Source: Candidatus Woesearchaeota archaeon (GTDB taxonomy: Archaea; Nanobdellota; Nanobdellia; Pacearchaeales; GW2011-AR1). Taken from it: a stretch of DNA of 64,000 nucleotides. Location: positions 116,454-180,453 of the forward strand of contig CAZUTV010000001.1 of NCBI GenBank assembly GCA_964623495.1. Reading direction: 5' to 3'. Position numbers and translations under genes: made by a program. Below, one piece after another: positions 8,172 through 17,916 of this stretch (the stretch's first letter is position 1; every line of letters begins with the position of its first letter). Under the pieces are notes generated by a model. That model saw only the letters and a list, made by a program, of their open reading frames with translations, searched no databases and had not been told where the DNA came from.

Positions 8172-9884
8172 ATGGTGAACCCAATATTTACTCAACTTAG
8201 CCTGGTATTATTGATTGTGTTAGGGGTCTCTCTTGTGATGAGGATTCTTAAGCAGCCGTTAATAATTGGGTATATTATTGCAGGAATCTTAATAGGTCCT
8301 GTTGTTTTTGATTTGCTTCCGCATACAGAGACTATCTCTACTTTTTCTGAAATGGGAATTGCATTTCTGCTTTTTATCGTTGGACTGCACCTAAGCCCAA
8401 AGGTAATAAGGGAGGTCGGAAAAATATCTCTAATAACAGGAATAGGCCAGGTTTTGTTTACTTCAATAATAGGATATTTTATTTGCTTGGCATTAGGATT
8501 CAACTCAATAACCTCTGTTTACATTGCTGTTGCATTAACCTTTTCCTCAACAATCATAATCATGAAACTGCTTTCAGACAAAGACGCATTAGACAAATTA
8601 TATGGAAAGATCTCAATTGGTTTTCTTCTGATCCAGGACCTAATAGCAATAATTATTCTAATAGTAATCTCTTCTTTTTCTGGGAAAGGAAGCGGGGCAA
8701 CTTCAGCTCTCTTAACCCTCGGAAAAGGCACCCTGATTATTGCAGTGCTATTCCCACTTTGCTATTATCTTCTGCCTAAATTCAGCTCTTTCTTTGCAAA
8801 ATCCCAAGAGTTTTTGTTTGTATTCGCTATATCCTGGGGTTTGGGATTTGCGGCACTATTCTCGTATATGGGCCTATCCATAGAGGTCGGGGCATTAATT
8901 GCAGGCGTGTTGCTGTCAGTATCGCCATATGGCTATGAAATAAGTTCTAAATTAAAATCCCTAAGAGACTTCTTCATAATATCCTTCTTTATACTGCTAG
9001 GTTCACAAATGATATTCACAGATATAAGCAGATACATCATCCCCGCAATAGTGCTTTCATTATTCATTCTTATAGGAAACCCCCTAATAGTCATGATTTT
9101 AATGGGTTTATTTGGATACGGAAAAAATACCGGGTTTATGGCGGGCCTTACAGTCGCACAGATAAGCGAATTTTCCTTAATTCTCGTCGCTCTTGGGGCA
9201 AAACTCGGCCATGTTTCAAACGAAATTCTCTCTTTTGTAACAATAATAGGGCTGATAACTATTGCTGGCTCCACATACTTGATTATGTATTCAGATAAAG
9301 TATACCAGAAGATTTCAAAACGCCTTGGTATCTTTGAAAAAAAGAAGATAAAAGAAAAATTAATAATAAGTGAAAATTATGAATACGTTCTTTTCGGGGA
9401 GAACAGAATAGGATTTTCAATAATGAAAAAGTTCATTGAGTTAAAAAAGAAATACATTATTATAGACTTCAACCCAGAAAGAGTCAAAAAACTGCAGAAA
9501 CGAGGGATAAACTGCGTTTATGGAGATGTTTCCAACTCAGACCTTATTGATGAGCTAAAACTGGACAAGGCAAAGCTAATTGTCTCGACAATTCCAGAAA
9601 CAGAAGTCAGCACAATGCTACTTAACAAAATAAAAAGAAAGAATAAAAATGCAATAGTCATAGTGACCGGAAGGCAGATATCTGAAGCATTTGATCTTTA
9701 TAAGACAGGAGCAGATTATGTAATCATGCCCCATTTCCTGGGGGGAGAATATACTGCAGAGATTATAGAAAAAGCAGGGGATGAAAAAGTGGAGTATGAG
9801 ATAGAAAAAGCAAGGCATATTGCTGACCTAAAAGATAGGTTAAAAGAAGGGCAAGAGCATCCTTCGGTTGAAAAAGACCACTAA
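8172..9884 (+). CDS. CPA2-family cation:proton antiporter (KefB/NapA-like) with C-terminal TrkA-N/RCK domain
   Basis: N-terminal ~390-aa polytopic Na/H-exchanger-like domain; C-terminal Rossmann-like segment VLFGENRIGFSIMKKFIE...IIIDFNPERV typical of TrkA-N. Confidence 0.75.
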   Translation: MVNPIFTQLSLVLLIVLGVSLVMRILKQPLIIGYIIAGILIGPVVFDLLPHTETISTFSEMGIAFLLFIVGLHLSPKVIREVGKISLITGIGQVLFTSIIGYFICLALGFNSITSVYIAVALTFSSTIIIMKLLSDKDALDKLYGKISIGFLLIQDLIAIIILIVISSFSGKGSGATSALLTLGKGTLIIAVLFPLCYYLLPKFSSFFAKSQEFLFVFAISWGLGFAALFSYMGLSIEVGALIAGVLLSVSPYGYEISSKLKSLRDFFIISFFILLGSQMIFTDISRYIIPAIVLSLFILIGNPLIVMILMGLFGYGKNTGFMAGLTVAQISEFSLILVALGAKLGHVSNEILSFVTIIGLITIAGSTYLIMYSDKVYQKISKRLGIFEKKKIKEKLIISENYEYVLFGENRIGFSIMKKFIELKKKYIIIDFNPERVKKLQKRGINCVYGDVSNSDLIDELKLDKAKLIVSTIPETEVSTMLLNKIKRKNKNAIVIVTGRQISEAFDLYKTGADYVIMPHFLGGEYTAEIIEKAGDEKVEYEIEKARHIADLKDRLKEGQEHPSVEKDH

Positions 9885-9914
9885 ATCTTTTAAATAAACT
9901 CCATAAATAGAAAA

Positions 9915-12563
9915 ATGGCAAAATACGCGGGGCTTGAAAAAAAAGAAGTAGAAAAAAACTTAAAAAAATACGGATATAATGAGATAGAAGATATAAATAA
10001 GGTATCTATTCCCAAAATCTTGCTAAGGCAGGTGAGAAGCAACCTTATTCTTTACTTGCTGATTGCTGCAACAGCAATCTCATTTTTCGTTGGGGAAGAA
10101 ATAACCGCCTATGTAATTCTTGCAGTTATTTTCTTGGTGGTTGCTACCGGATTCTTTCAGGAGTACAAGGCAGAAAAAGCGATAAATGCATTAAAAGAAA
10201 TGATAGTGCCAATATCTATAGTAATTCGCGACGGAAAAGAAGAGGAAGTTCCTTCAAGAGAAATAGTCCCAGGAGATATAATTATCCTAAGGAATGGGGA
10301 GAGAATACCTGCAGACTGTATGGTTTTAGAAGAAACAGATTTGAAAGTTAACGAATCTGTACTTACAGGAGAATCGAGGGAAGTAGAAAAGTATGCAATA
10401 AAGGCAGAGAACTCCTATGAAGAAAAGAACATTGTATTTACAGGTTCATTTATAACAAACGGGAAATGCATAGCCAAAGCAGTTAACACAGGCATGAATA
10501 CTAAGTTTGGAAAAATTGCGGGGCTTATATCTACTGCTGAAAAAGAGCTTCTTCTGCAAAAAAGAGTTAACAAAATTTCAAAAACAATGGCCATAGTGGG
10601 AATTATTATTTCAATAATCACTGGTTTGATAATTTTCTTCCAAAACCCAAACTCAAATGAGGGATATATCCTAGAAGTTTTAATTATAGTTATAGCAATA
10701 ACAGTATCCTCGTTTCCCGAAGGATTTCCAGTAGTTCTCATAACAACTTTATCTCTTGGGGCATATAGAATGGCAAAAAAGAATGCAATAGTGAATAGGA
10801 TGTCAATAATAGAAACTCTTGGGGAAACAACAGTGATTTGCTCAGACAAAACAGGAACAATAACAAAAGGGGAAATGACTGCCAAAGAGCTATACGCCAA
10901 CCACAAAAAATACAGTATAACCGGCGTAGGCTATGAAGCAAATGGCGGATTTTTTGTTGATGAAAAAATGGCAAAGGCAGAAAAAGACCCTATTTTGAAT
11001 TCAATTCTAAAAACAGCCATCTTATGCAATGATGCTAGGATAATAAGGAAAGGAGAAGACAAGCTCTACCACATAAACGGCTCCCCAACAGAAGCGGCCT
11101 TATTAATAATGTCTGCAAAAGAAAATATTTTCTCAGAAGACATAAACCATGAAAGACTGGAAGAGATACCTTTTAGTTCTGAAAGAAAAATGATGTCGGT
11201 ATTATGCAAAGAAACAAAAGAAAAAACCCTCTATGCAAAGGGCGCTTTAAACGTCGTTTTTGAAAAATGCTCTTTCATTGAGAGAGATAATGGAACATTT
11301 AAACTGATAGAAAAAGACAAAAAAAGAATAAAAGAAGTGGAAGCAGAAATGGCTTCAAGATCTTTAAGAATTGTCGCTTTGGCCTATAAAAAAGTCAAGA
11401 ACTACACAAAAGACGATCTTGAAAAAGAGCTCGTGTTCTTGGGATTGGTTGGCATGGAAGATCCGCCAAGACCAGAGGTAAAAGAAGCGCTTGTCTTATG
11501 CAAAAAAGCAGGAATAAAAGTCAAAATGATAACCGGCGATGACAAAAAAACAGCAATGTCAATAGCAGCAGAGATAGGCCTGGCAAAAGGAACAGTAATA
11601 GAAGGTGATGAAATGGACAAAATAAGCGATCCAGATCTGGTTAAAATAGTCAACCAGGTTGTAATCTTTGCCAGAGTAAAGCCAGAGCACAAACTTAGAA
11701 TTGTCAAGGCCCTAAAAGAGAACAAAGAGATAGTAACTATGACGGGCGATGGGGTCAATGACGCCCCTGCACTAAAAGAAGCGCATATCGGGGTCGCGAT
11801 GGGAAAGAACGGAACAGATGTCTCAAGATCTGTGGCAGACCTAACCCTAAAGGACGATAATTTTGTAACAATAGTTGACGCAATAAAAGAAGGAAGGACA
11901 ATCTTTAACAACGCAAGAAAGTTTATCAGCTACCAGTTATCCTGCAACTATGCAGAGCTTGCCATACTTCTTGTAGGAGTGATTCTGGCCCCGGTTCTTG
12001 GATGGCCTGTCCCAATCCTGCTTGCCCTGCATATCTTATTTATGAATCTCGTAACAGACGACCTTCCTGCAATAACTCTGGGATTTAATGCTTCATCAAA
12101 GGATATAATGGAAGAAAAGCCAAGAAAAAAATCAGAGCTACTAAACAAAAAGTTTGTTCTTTTAATAGCATTTAACGGATTTATAATGGCATTCTTGACT
12201 TTAATGACTTTTTATGTCACTTACAACCTAATGCACGAAAATGTTTCTTATGCAAGAAGTTCTGCCCTTGTTGGCCTTATAGCCTTAGAAATCGCAGGTG
12301 CTTTTAACTTTAGGAGCTTCAGAAAAGGGGTGATGAACAGGTCTCCGTTAGTAAACAAATGGCTCCTTTATGCATCAATCATCTCCATACTTGCAACCCT
12401 AGCAATAATATACACCCCATTAAACATTGCATTTGAAACTTCCTCTCTTCACATAAGCGACTGGGTTGTTGCAATAGGCCTAGCTCTAGGGTCTATAGTA
12501 ATCTTTGATATTTTAAAATACTATAACAACAGAAAGAAATTCTGGGATTATGAAAAAGAATAA
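9915..12563 (+). CDS. P-type cation-transporting ATPase (type IIA Ca2+/Mg2+-like)
   Basis: Phosphorylation motif CSDKTGTIT, hinge MTGDGVNDAPALKEAHIGVAMG, TGES-like LTGES, 10 TM segments. Confidence 0.9.
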   Translation: MAKYAGLEKKEVEKNLKKYGYNEIEDINKVSIPKILLRQVRSNLILYLLIAATAISFFVGEEITAYVILAVIFLVVATGFFQEYKAEKAINALKEMIVPISIVIRDGKEEEVPSREIVPGDIIILRNGERIPADCMVLEETDLKVNESVLTGESREVEKYAIKAENSYEEKNIVFTGSFITNGKCIAKAVNTGMNTKFGKIAGLISTAEKELLLQKRVNKISKTMAIVGIIISIITGLIIFFQNPNSNEGYILEVLIIVIAITVSSFPEGFPVVLITTLSLGAYRMAKKNAIVNRMSIIETLGETTVICSDKTGTITKGEMTAKELYANHKKYSITGVGYEANGGFFVDEKMAKAEKDPILNSILKTAILCNDARIIRKGEDKLYHINGSPTEAALLIMSAKENIFSEDINHERLEEIPFSSERKMMSVLCKETKEKTLYAKGALNVVFEKCSFIERDNGTFKLIEKDKKRIKEVEAEMASRSLRIVALAYKKVKNYTKDDLEKELVFLGLVGMEDPPRPEVKEALVLCKKAGIKVKMITGDDKKTAMSIAAEIGLAKGTVIEGDEMDKISDPDLVKIVNQVVIFARVKPEHKLRIVKALKENKEIVTMTGDGVNDAPALKEAHIGVAMGKNGTDVSRSVADLTLKDDNFVTIVDAIKEGRTIFNNARKFISYQLSCNYAELAILLVGVILAPVLGWPVPILLALHILFMNLVTDDLPAITLGFNASSKDIMEEKPRKKSELLNKKFVLLIAFNGFIMAFLTLMTFYVTYNLMHENVSYARSSALVGLIALEIAGAFNFRSFRKGVMNRSPLVNKWLLYASIISILATLAIIYTPLNIAFETSSLHISDWVVAIGLALGSIVIFDILKYYNNRKKFWDYEKE

Positions 12564-12604
12564 CGCCCAGAAACCTTTAAAAACTAATTTTTAATCTTAC
12601 TGTT

Positions 12605-12913
12605 ATGCCAAAGGTAAGAATAAAATTAAACAGCACAGACATAACAATGCTTAATGATATTTGCAATTCTATTAAAGATATAGCCAATAAATCTGGAATT
12701 GTCATTTCTGGACCAGTTCCATTGCCCACAAAGAAACTAAGGATAACAACAAGAAAATCTCCGTGCGGAAACGGCACAGCAACATTTGACAGGTATGAAA
12801 TGAGAATCCATAAAAGACTAATAGACTTGCCTGCAAACGAAAAAGTCCTGCATCATATTATGAGAATGAGAATTCCAAAGAACATCAACATAAAAATAGA
12901 GATGAAAGATTGA
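12605..12913 (+). CDS. rps10: 30S ribosomal protein uS10
   Basis: MPKVRIKL...GPVPLPTKKLRITTRKSP...RYEMRIHKRLIDL matches the S10 family signature. Confidence 0.85.
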   Translation: MPKVRIKLNSTDITMLNDICNSIKDIANKSGIVISGPVPLPTKKLRITTRKSPCGNGTATFDRYEMRIHKRLIDLPANEKVLHHIMRMRIPKNINIKIEMKD

Positions 12914-12951
12914 ACAGTAATTCTTAAAAACCCTAATTCTAATCAAGGCTA

Positions 12952-13362
12952 ATGTTACCTAAAGATTTTCCAAAAGAAAGTCCTGTAATCAGATTACCTG
13001 AAGACTCAGAAAGAATATCCCGGTTAAGGTTTAAACTTGCAGAGTATGACGCAAGAATAGATTTAAGAATAAGACTTACACAAGAAAGAATTCCTGGAAT
13101 TCCAACCGAATACTTAATAAACCTTCACAAAAAAGGCCATTTAGACTATTATAAAAGAACAGTATTGGAAGAACTATTAGAAAAAGGACAAATAGTAACA
13201 TGGGATATGGCAAGAAGGCTTGCAAAAGAAATGGGAAATCTGTACAATTGCATACTTTTCTCAGAAGCATGCGGGATTATAAATGACTATTGCAACACAG
13301 GCGGAAAAAATTGCAGGGATGGAACCGGATTGTCAAATACAAGATTATGGTTTGGAGTGTAA
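12952..13362 (+). CDS. Hypothetical protein
   Basis: 136-aa ORF with ordinary composition. No motif recognised. Confidence 0.35.
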   Translation: MLPKDFPKESPVIRLPEDSERISRLRFKLAEYDARIDLRIRLTQERIPGIPTEYLINLHKKGHLDYYKRTVLEELLEKGQIVTWDMARRLAKEMGNLYNCILFSEACGIINDYCNTGGKNCRDGTGLSNTRLWFGV

Positions 13363-13394
13363 AAACTTAAATACCTCTTACCCTAATAACTTCC

Positions 13395-13976
13395 ATGGAA
13401 AAAAGTGCTATAATTGTTATGGTGCTTGTATTAATATTGGCTGCTGTTTTTGGGTTTGTCTCCAAAGGCAGAACAACAGGACAAACAACAATGACAGATG
13501 AAATAAAAATCAAACTAGAAACAACAAAAGGAGATATTATTATAAAATTATATCCTGATAAAGCGCCAATAACAGTAAAGAATTTTCTTGATTATGTAAA
13601 TTCAGGATTCTATGAAGGAACAATATTTCACAGAGTTATTGAAGGATTTATGGTTCAGGGAGGAGGATATGCTTCTGATGGAAAAGAAAAACAAACAAAC
13701 CATGCAATTAAACTCGAATCAAATAACGGCCTTAAAAACACCAGAGGCACTATCGCAATGGCCAGGACAAATGTTCCTGACTCTGCAACCTCACAATTCT
13801 TTATAAACACAGCAGACAATGACTTCTTAAATTATGGAGTAAGAGATCGGGGCTATGCTGTATTTGGCGAAGTCATTGAAGGCATGGATGTAGTTGATGA
13901 AATTGGAAGTGTTGCGACAGATGCAAGCGACAGACCTTTGGAAGAAGTAAAAATCTTAAAGGCGGAAATAATCTAA
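13395..13976 (+). CDS. Cyclophilin-type peptidyl-prolyl cis-trans isomerase with N-terminal signal/TM anchor (extracytoplasmic)
   Basis: [28 protein letters not shown] motifs. N-terminal hydrophobic segment [16 protein letters not shown]. Confidence 0.85.
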   Translation: MEKSAIIVMVLVLILAAVFGFVSKGRTTGQTTMTDEIKIKLETTKGDIIIKLYPDKAPITVKNFLDYVNSGFYEGTIFHRVIEGFMVQGGGYASDGKEKQTNHAIKLESNNGLKNTRGTIAMARTNVPDSATSQFFINTADNDFLNYGVRDRGYAVFGEVIEGMDVVDEIGSVATDASDRPLEEVKILKAEII

Positions 13977-14008
13977 ACATTTAAATAACAAGAAAAATTA
14001 AAAACAAA

Positions 14009-14305
14009 ATGGAACGTGACATAGGCAAAATACCCAAGAACCCAACAACAGACATAGTTATCCGGGTAGATGACTTTGGTGGAAGAACAGGATTAACAAT
14101 AAGAGAGTTTGTTTCCGGGGAAAGATACACAGGATTTACAAAAGCAGGAACAAGAATACCTGCAGAGCACTTTCAGAAATTCAAGGAAATGATCAATTCT
14201 ATATCTGAGGAAGACATGACTCCTGCAGAAGGTGCAGAAAAAAAGGAATTCAAAAAGCCGTCAAAAGGCCAGCAATCTCTGGATGAAGACATTCCAGATT
14301 ATTAG
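14009..14305 (+). CDS. PC4/Sub1-like ssDNA-binding domain protein (tentative)
   Basis: IVIRVDDFGGRTGLTIREFVSGERYTGFTKAGTRIPAEHFQKF follows the PC4 pattern v.vr.f.g...idiRe....g.tkkGisl..e. Confidence 0.45.
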   Translation: MERDIGKIPKNPTTDIVIRVDDFGGRTGLTIREFVSGERYTGFTKAGTRIPAEHFQKFKEMINSISEEDMTPAEGAEKKEFKKPSKGQQSLDEDIPDY

Positions 14306-14559
14306 TTAAAATGACCATCTCAGTAGAAGACCTAATGAAAGCTCCAACTTGGGAAGACAGACATCCAAAAAAAAACTCCAGAGATCACAAATGATGAAGG
14401 CAGAGATTATTCATATATTAGAACAATATTATATCTGGCAACACATCCAAGACAAGCCATAAAAACAATAAGGTCATTACATTATGTTATCCACGGCGGG
14501 CCGCTTTGAAATCAATTTCTTCATAACATTTAAAAGATATAAATTGCATTATTTAGAGT

Positions 14560-14898
14560 ATGTCGAAGAATAAATGGATTAATATTGGGATAATTCTTGG
14601 AATTTTGGTTCTTGCAATTATAATAATAGAACTAAGAAAGCCGAACAACATAACAACAGAAGAAATTGCAAAGTGCATAGGAGAAACCTCAAAAATTTAC
14701 GTCCAACTAGGATGTCATTATTGTGAAAAACAATATGAACTATTCGGCAACTACACCAATTATTTAAACAAGGTTGACTGTTTCTATGAACGAGAAAAAT
14801 GTTCAGAGATTGATGGGACCCCTACCTGGCTGATAAAAGGAGAATATTACGAAGGGTATAAGGACTTAGAAACACTAAGAGAATTAACCGGGTGCTAA
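14560..14898 (+). CDS. Membrane-anchored thioredoxin-fold CxxC protein
   Basis: N-terminal TM helix, then GCHYC CxxC motif in a ~90-aa soluble domain. Immediately precedes ccdA. Confidence 0.55.
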   Translation: MSKNKWINIGIILGILVLAIIIIELRKPNNITTEEIAKCIGETSKIYVQLGCHYCEKQYELFGNYTNYLNKVDCFYEREKCSEIDGTPTWLIKGEYYEGYKDLETLRELTGC

Positions 14899-14899
14899 A

Positions 14900-15595
14900 A
14901 TGACAGAGTTCCTAAAAATAACCACTCTCGCCCTTGCAGATTCTGTAAATCCGTGCGAGATAGCAATTCTCGCAATGGTTTTAATATCCATATTAATCCA
15001 GCATCCTGAAAAAAAGCACAAAGTTTTGTCTGCCGGCTTTGCATTCGTTGCAGCAGTTTTTATAGGATACTTAGTTTATGGATTAATAATAGTGCAGTTC
15101 TTTAGGTTTTTTGCAGAATTTTTAAGGCAAAATTCAGCAGTCATTTACGACATGCTTGCAATTCTAGCAATGATTCTCGGAGCATTAAACATAAAAGATT
15201 TCTTCCACTACCAAAAGGGCAGCTTTGCAACAGAGATGCCGATTTTTTTAAGGCCAAAAGTAAAAAAGATCATAGACAAAATAACTTCCGCTAAAGGTGC
15301 ATTCATCCTTGGGTTTATAATAACTTTATTCTTATTGCCCTGCACCATGGGCCCATATATTGTAGCCTCTGGCTTATTGGCGAATCTGGGAATTATGGAC
15401 GCATTGCCTTGGCTGATATACTACAACATAATATTCTTGCTCCCAATGATCGCGATTGTCTTAATTGTATATTTCGGAGTTGCAAGAGTAGAAGATGTTG
15501 CTGGCTGGAAAGATAAAAATATCAAAATACTGCATTTAATAGCAGGGATTTTACTATTCTTAGTAGGGTTGGCAATGCTGTTAAAATGGCTATAA
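14900..15595 (+). CDS. ccdA: CcdA/DsbD-family transmembrane thiol-disulfide electron transporter
   Basis: LADSVNPC signature with first conserved Cys, second Cys in LLPCTMGP, 6 TM helices. Start is 2 nt after the stop of the upstream CxxC gene. Confidence 0.75.
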   Translation: MTEFLKITTLALADSVNPCEIAILAMVLISILIQHPEKKHKVLSAGFAFVAAVFIGYLVYGLIIVQFFRFFAEFLRQNSAVIYDMLAILAMILGALNIKDFFHYQKGSFATEMPIFLRPKVKKIIDKITSAKGAFILGFIITLFLLPCTMGPYIVASGLLANLGIMDALPWLIYYNIIFLLPMIAIVLIVYFGVARVEDVAGWKDKNIKILHLIAGILLFLVGLAMLLKWL

Positions 15596-15862
15596 ATTCC
15601 CAGAAGCGTAATCAAGAATCAGATTGAGAAACACTTTTCCCCTGTCATTAATTCTATAGAAATCCTCCGGCTGAGCATGACTTGTCATGTCTGGCTCAGA
15701 TGTCCTATCCACCATCCCCATACCAACTAAATCAGAAGCGGCTTCCAAACCTCCAGGTAAGATTATAAGTCTTCCAAAGTGAATTGATTTTTCCTGGCCA
15801 TTAAGAAAAGCCAAAACCCCCAAATGATAAGAATCAATTGCCCTAGTCATTTTAAAAACCAA
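15590..15862 (-). CDS. Hypothetical protein
   Basis: 90-aa ORF. No motif recognised. Coding status uncertain. Confidence 0.3.
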   Translation of the reverse strand: MVFKMTRAIDSYHLGVLAFLNGQEKSIHFGRLIILPGGLEAASDLVGMGMVDRTSEPDMTSHAQPEDFYRINDRGKVFLNLILDYASGNL

Positions 15863-15926
15863 AATCCAAGATATTTAAACATTATTGTAATGCGAAACCC
15901 TTATATATTTCTAAGCCCTTGAATTA

Positions 15927-16000
15927 ATAGGGGTGGGGCGGGAGAATCAGTCTATAGCTGATCTTCGGATTTAGCTAACTGACTTCGGGCGCCCCTATCC
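15927..16000 (+). ncRNA. Candidate small structured RNA (~74 nt): GC-rich terminal helix ATAGGGG../..CCCCTAT enclosing nested helices with two UUCG tetraloops
   Basis: ATAGGGG pairs with CCCCTAT; TCAGT/ACTGA and AGCT/AGCT are nested; gATC-TTCG-GAT and C-TTCG-G are UUCG-capped hairpins. Intergenic, immediately upstream of the rSAM island. Strand assignment is tentative. Confidence 0.3.
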
Positions 16001-16070
16001 TTTTTTATTCTCTTTTTCAATTATCCTTCTCAAAATAAATTCTTATAAACCCAAAACCGAAAAAGATTAT

Positions 16071-16277
16071 ATGGATAATGGATTAATAGAAGGAAGATTT
16101 GAATTAACATATAGGGTAGGTGAAGGATATGTATTGCTAGCAAAGATAATCAACCCTGCAACAAAAAGACCAGAATATAAGGAAATCTCCATAAGCGAAG
16201 AGCAATATCAAAGATATTCGAAATCAAGCAAAGGAGAAAGAATAAAGCTATCTAAGGACCTTGCAGCAGTGCTCTAA
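16071..16277 (+). CDS. Small protein (68 aa) preceding the radical-SAM gene; possible accessory or second precursor
   Basis: ATG preceded by an AT-rich TATA-like region. No Cys. Function unknown. Confidence 0.35.
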   Translation: MDNGLIEGRFELTYRVGEGYVLLAKIINPATKRPEYKEISISEEQYQRYSKSSKGERIKLSKDLAAVL

Positions 16278-16320
16278 AATAAATCGGAATCTTTATATAC
16301 CTTCAACTTTAAGGAATTAT

Positions 16321-17667
16321 ATGCCTCCAAACACTCTTGGCATTGAAGAGGTGATTGAAGGACGAAATAGTGTACTTCTAAGTAACTCAAATATAACGGT
16401 TCTTTATGAAAAATTAGCCAACACCATTCATTCTGGCGAAAGAAGCGAGTTACTACAGTTGCAGCGCGAAGTAGAATGTATTGACTATAATCCCGAATAT
16501 GAAGCAGGCTCTCTTAGGGCACAAAAAACCGAGAGAATGAGTGGATTAGTATTAAACGTAACAGAAAACTGTGATTTCAGATGTTCATACTGCCAAAACA
16601 ATGGGGCTTATGAGCGGGAAAGAAGAATTAACCCTGCAAGAATGGAGTTCGAAACAGCAAGGAAAGGTGTAGATCTATTCATGCCCAGAGCAAAAGAACC
16701 TGCATTAATCTCTTTCTATGGAGGAGAACCCTTGCTCAATATGGATCTAGTTGCAAGAGTTATTAGTTACACTAGAAGAAGATATCCCAATCAAGAAGCA
16801 AGATTCTCAATGACAACAAATTTTTATGATGCTGAAAGACATTTTTCAACAATAGTGGATAACGATATTCATCTGCTTGTAAGCATAGACGGACCCAGGC
16901 AGATACACGATAACCATAGAGTTCATGTTTCGGGAAAAGAAACCTGGGGGAGAATTATGGAAAATCTAAGAAGGCTGGAAAGATACTCTCCAGGTTATGT
17001 AAGAAATAAAGTTGGAATAAGCGTTACTGTTCCAGACTACTCTGAACTAAAGACAATAGTTGATTACTTTATGGCTACAGATCTCAATATATTTAGAGTT
17101 GGCGGAATAGAACAAAAAGGATTAAGAAAAGGGGATGGAGTAAAAGATCTTTCTCAAGTATTAAGCCTTGCATCAGATTTTTGTGATAGGATTGATAAGC
17201 AAGAACCTCTTCCAGACATACTCAGACTTTTGTTTGAATCCAGATTAAAGACAATTTCTGCCAGAAGCAGAAAAGAAATGCCAAGCGAATTAATGCTCCA
17301 GGGCTCTTGCTATCCTGGAAACAGAAAATTATATGTAGACACCTCTGGAGAGTTATATATGTGTGAAAAATTTGGGGGCAGAATGACGATAGGGCATGTG
17401 GATACAGGGATCTCAGACCCGCTAGTTGATGATTCTATAGGACAATTCCAAAAAATAAGAAACCAATTATGTACTTCTGGTTGTTGGGCTCAAAGACTAT
17501 GCACCCCCTGCATACAAGCTGCAAAAGATCCTGAAGGAGAAATCTCAGTCGAAGGATTAGCACAAACATGTGGCCCTTCAAAACACGAAATAATGCTATC
17601 ATTAATGCTATATACCGAAATCATTAAAAGGAATAAAGGATATATAGAGTCGCTAACTCAGCGATAA
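16321..17667 (+). CDS. Radical SAM enzyme with C-terminal SPASM-type auxiliary Fe-S domain (peptide-modifying maturase-like). Start moved to the MPPNTLG Met inside ORF 16261..17667
   Basis: CDFRCSYC (Cx3Cx2C) radical-SAM cluster motif ~90 aa from the N-terminus. C-terminal Cys cluster GSCYPG...YMCEKFGG...CTSGCWAQRLCTPC...TCGPS is consistent with a SPASM/twitch domain. The ~90-aa N-terminal extension could be an RRE-like domain. Confidence 0.8.
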   Translation: MPPNTLGIEEVIEGRNSVLLSNSNITVLYEKLANTIHSGERSELLQLQREVECIDYNPEYEAGSLRAQKTERMSGLVLNVTENCDFRCSYCQNNGAYERERRINPARMEFETARKGVDLFMPRAKEPALISFYGGEPLLNMDLVARVISYTRRRYPNQEARFSMTTNFYDAERHFSTIVDNDIHLLVSIDGPRQIHDNHRVHVSGKETWGRIMENLRRLERYSPGYVRNKVGISVTVPDYSELKTIVDYFMATDLNIFRVGGIEQKGLRKGDGVKDLSQVLSLASDFCDRIDKQEPLPDILRLLFESRLKTISARSRKEMPSELMLQGSCYPGNRKLYVDTSGELYMCEKFGGRMTIGHVDTGISDPLVDDSIGQFQKIRNQLCTSGCWAQRLCTPCIQAAKDPEGEISVEGLAQTCGPSKHEIMLSLMLYTEIIKRNKGYIESLTQR

Positions 17668-17687
17668 TTAAATGATCGGAGGTAAAA

Positions 17688-17906
17688 ATGCTTGAAAGTG
17701 GAAGACTATACACAGAGAATAGCACAGTGCTAGAAAGACTTGGATCAAGTAGAACCAATGTTGATAAGGCCAGCAACCTAGAATACAACGTTGATGCCTG
17801 CGATTGTATGGGCTGCGGGTGTTTCGAAAGTGCCTGGACAATTGTTCTATCCCCTGCAGGAGTAGCTGCAGGAATGGCTGCTTATGCTGCTGATGCTGCA
17901 TTATAA
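17688..17906 (+). CDS. Candidate RiPP precursor peptide (72 aa) with Cys-rich core CDCMGCGC and Ala/Gly-rich C-terminus
   Basis: Starts 20 nt after the rSAM/SPASM stop. Leader-like N-terminal 35 aa, then NVDACDCMGCGCFESAW...GVAAGMAAYAADAAL. Confidence 0.45.
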   Translation: MLESGRLYTENSTVLERLGSSRTNVDKASNLEYNVDACDCMGCGCFESAWTIVLSPAGVAAGMAAYAADAAL

Positions 17907-17916
17907 TTAGCAGAAA

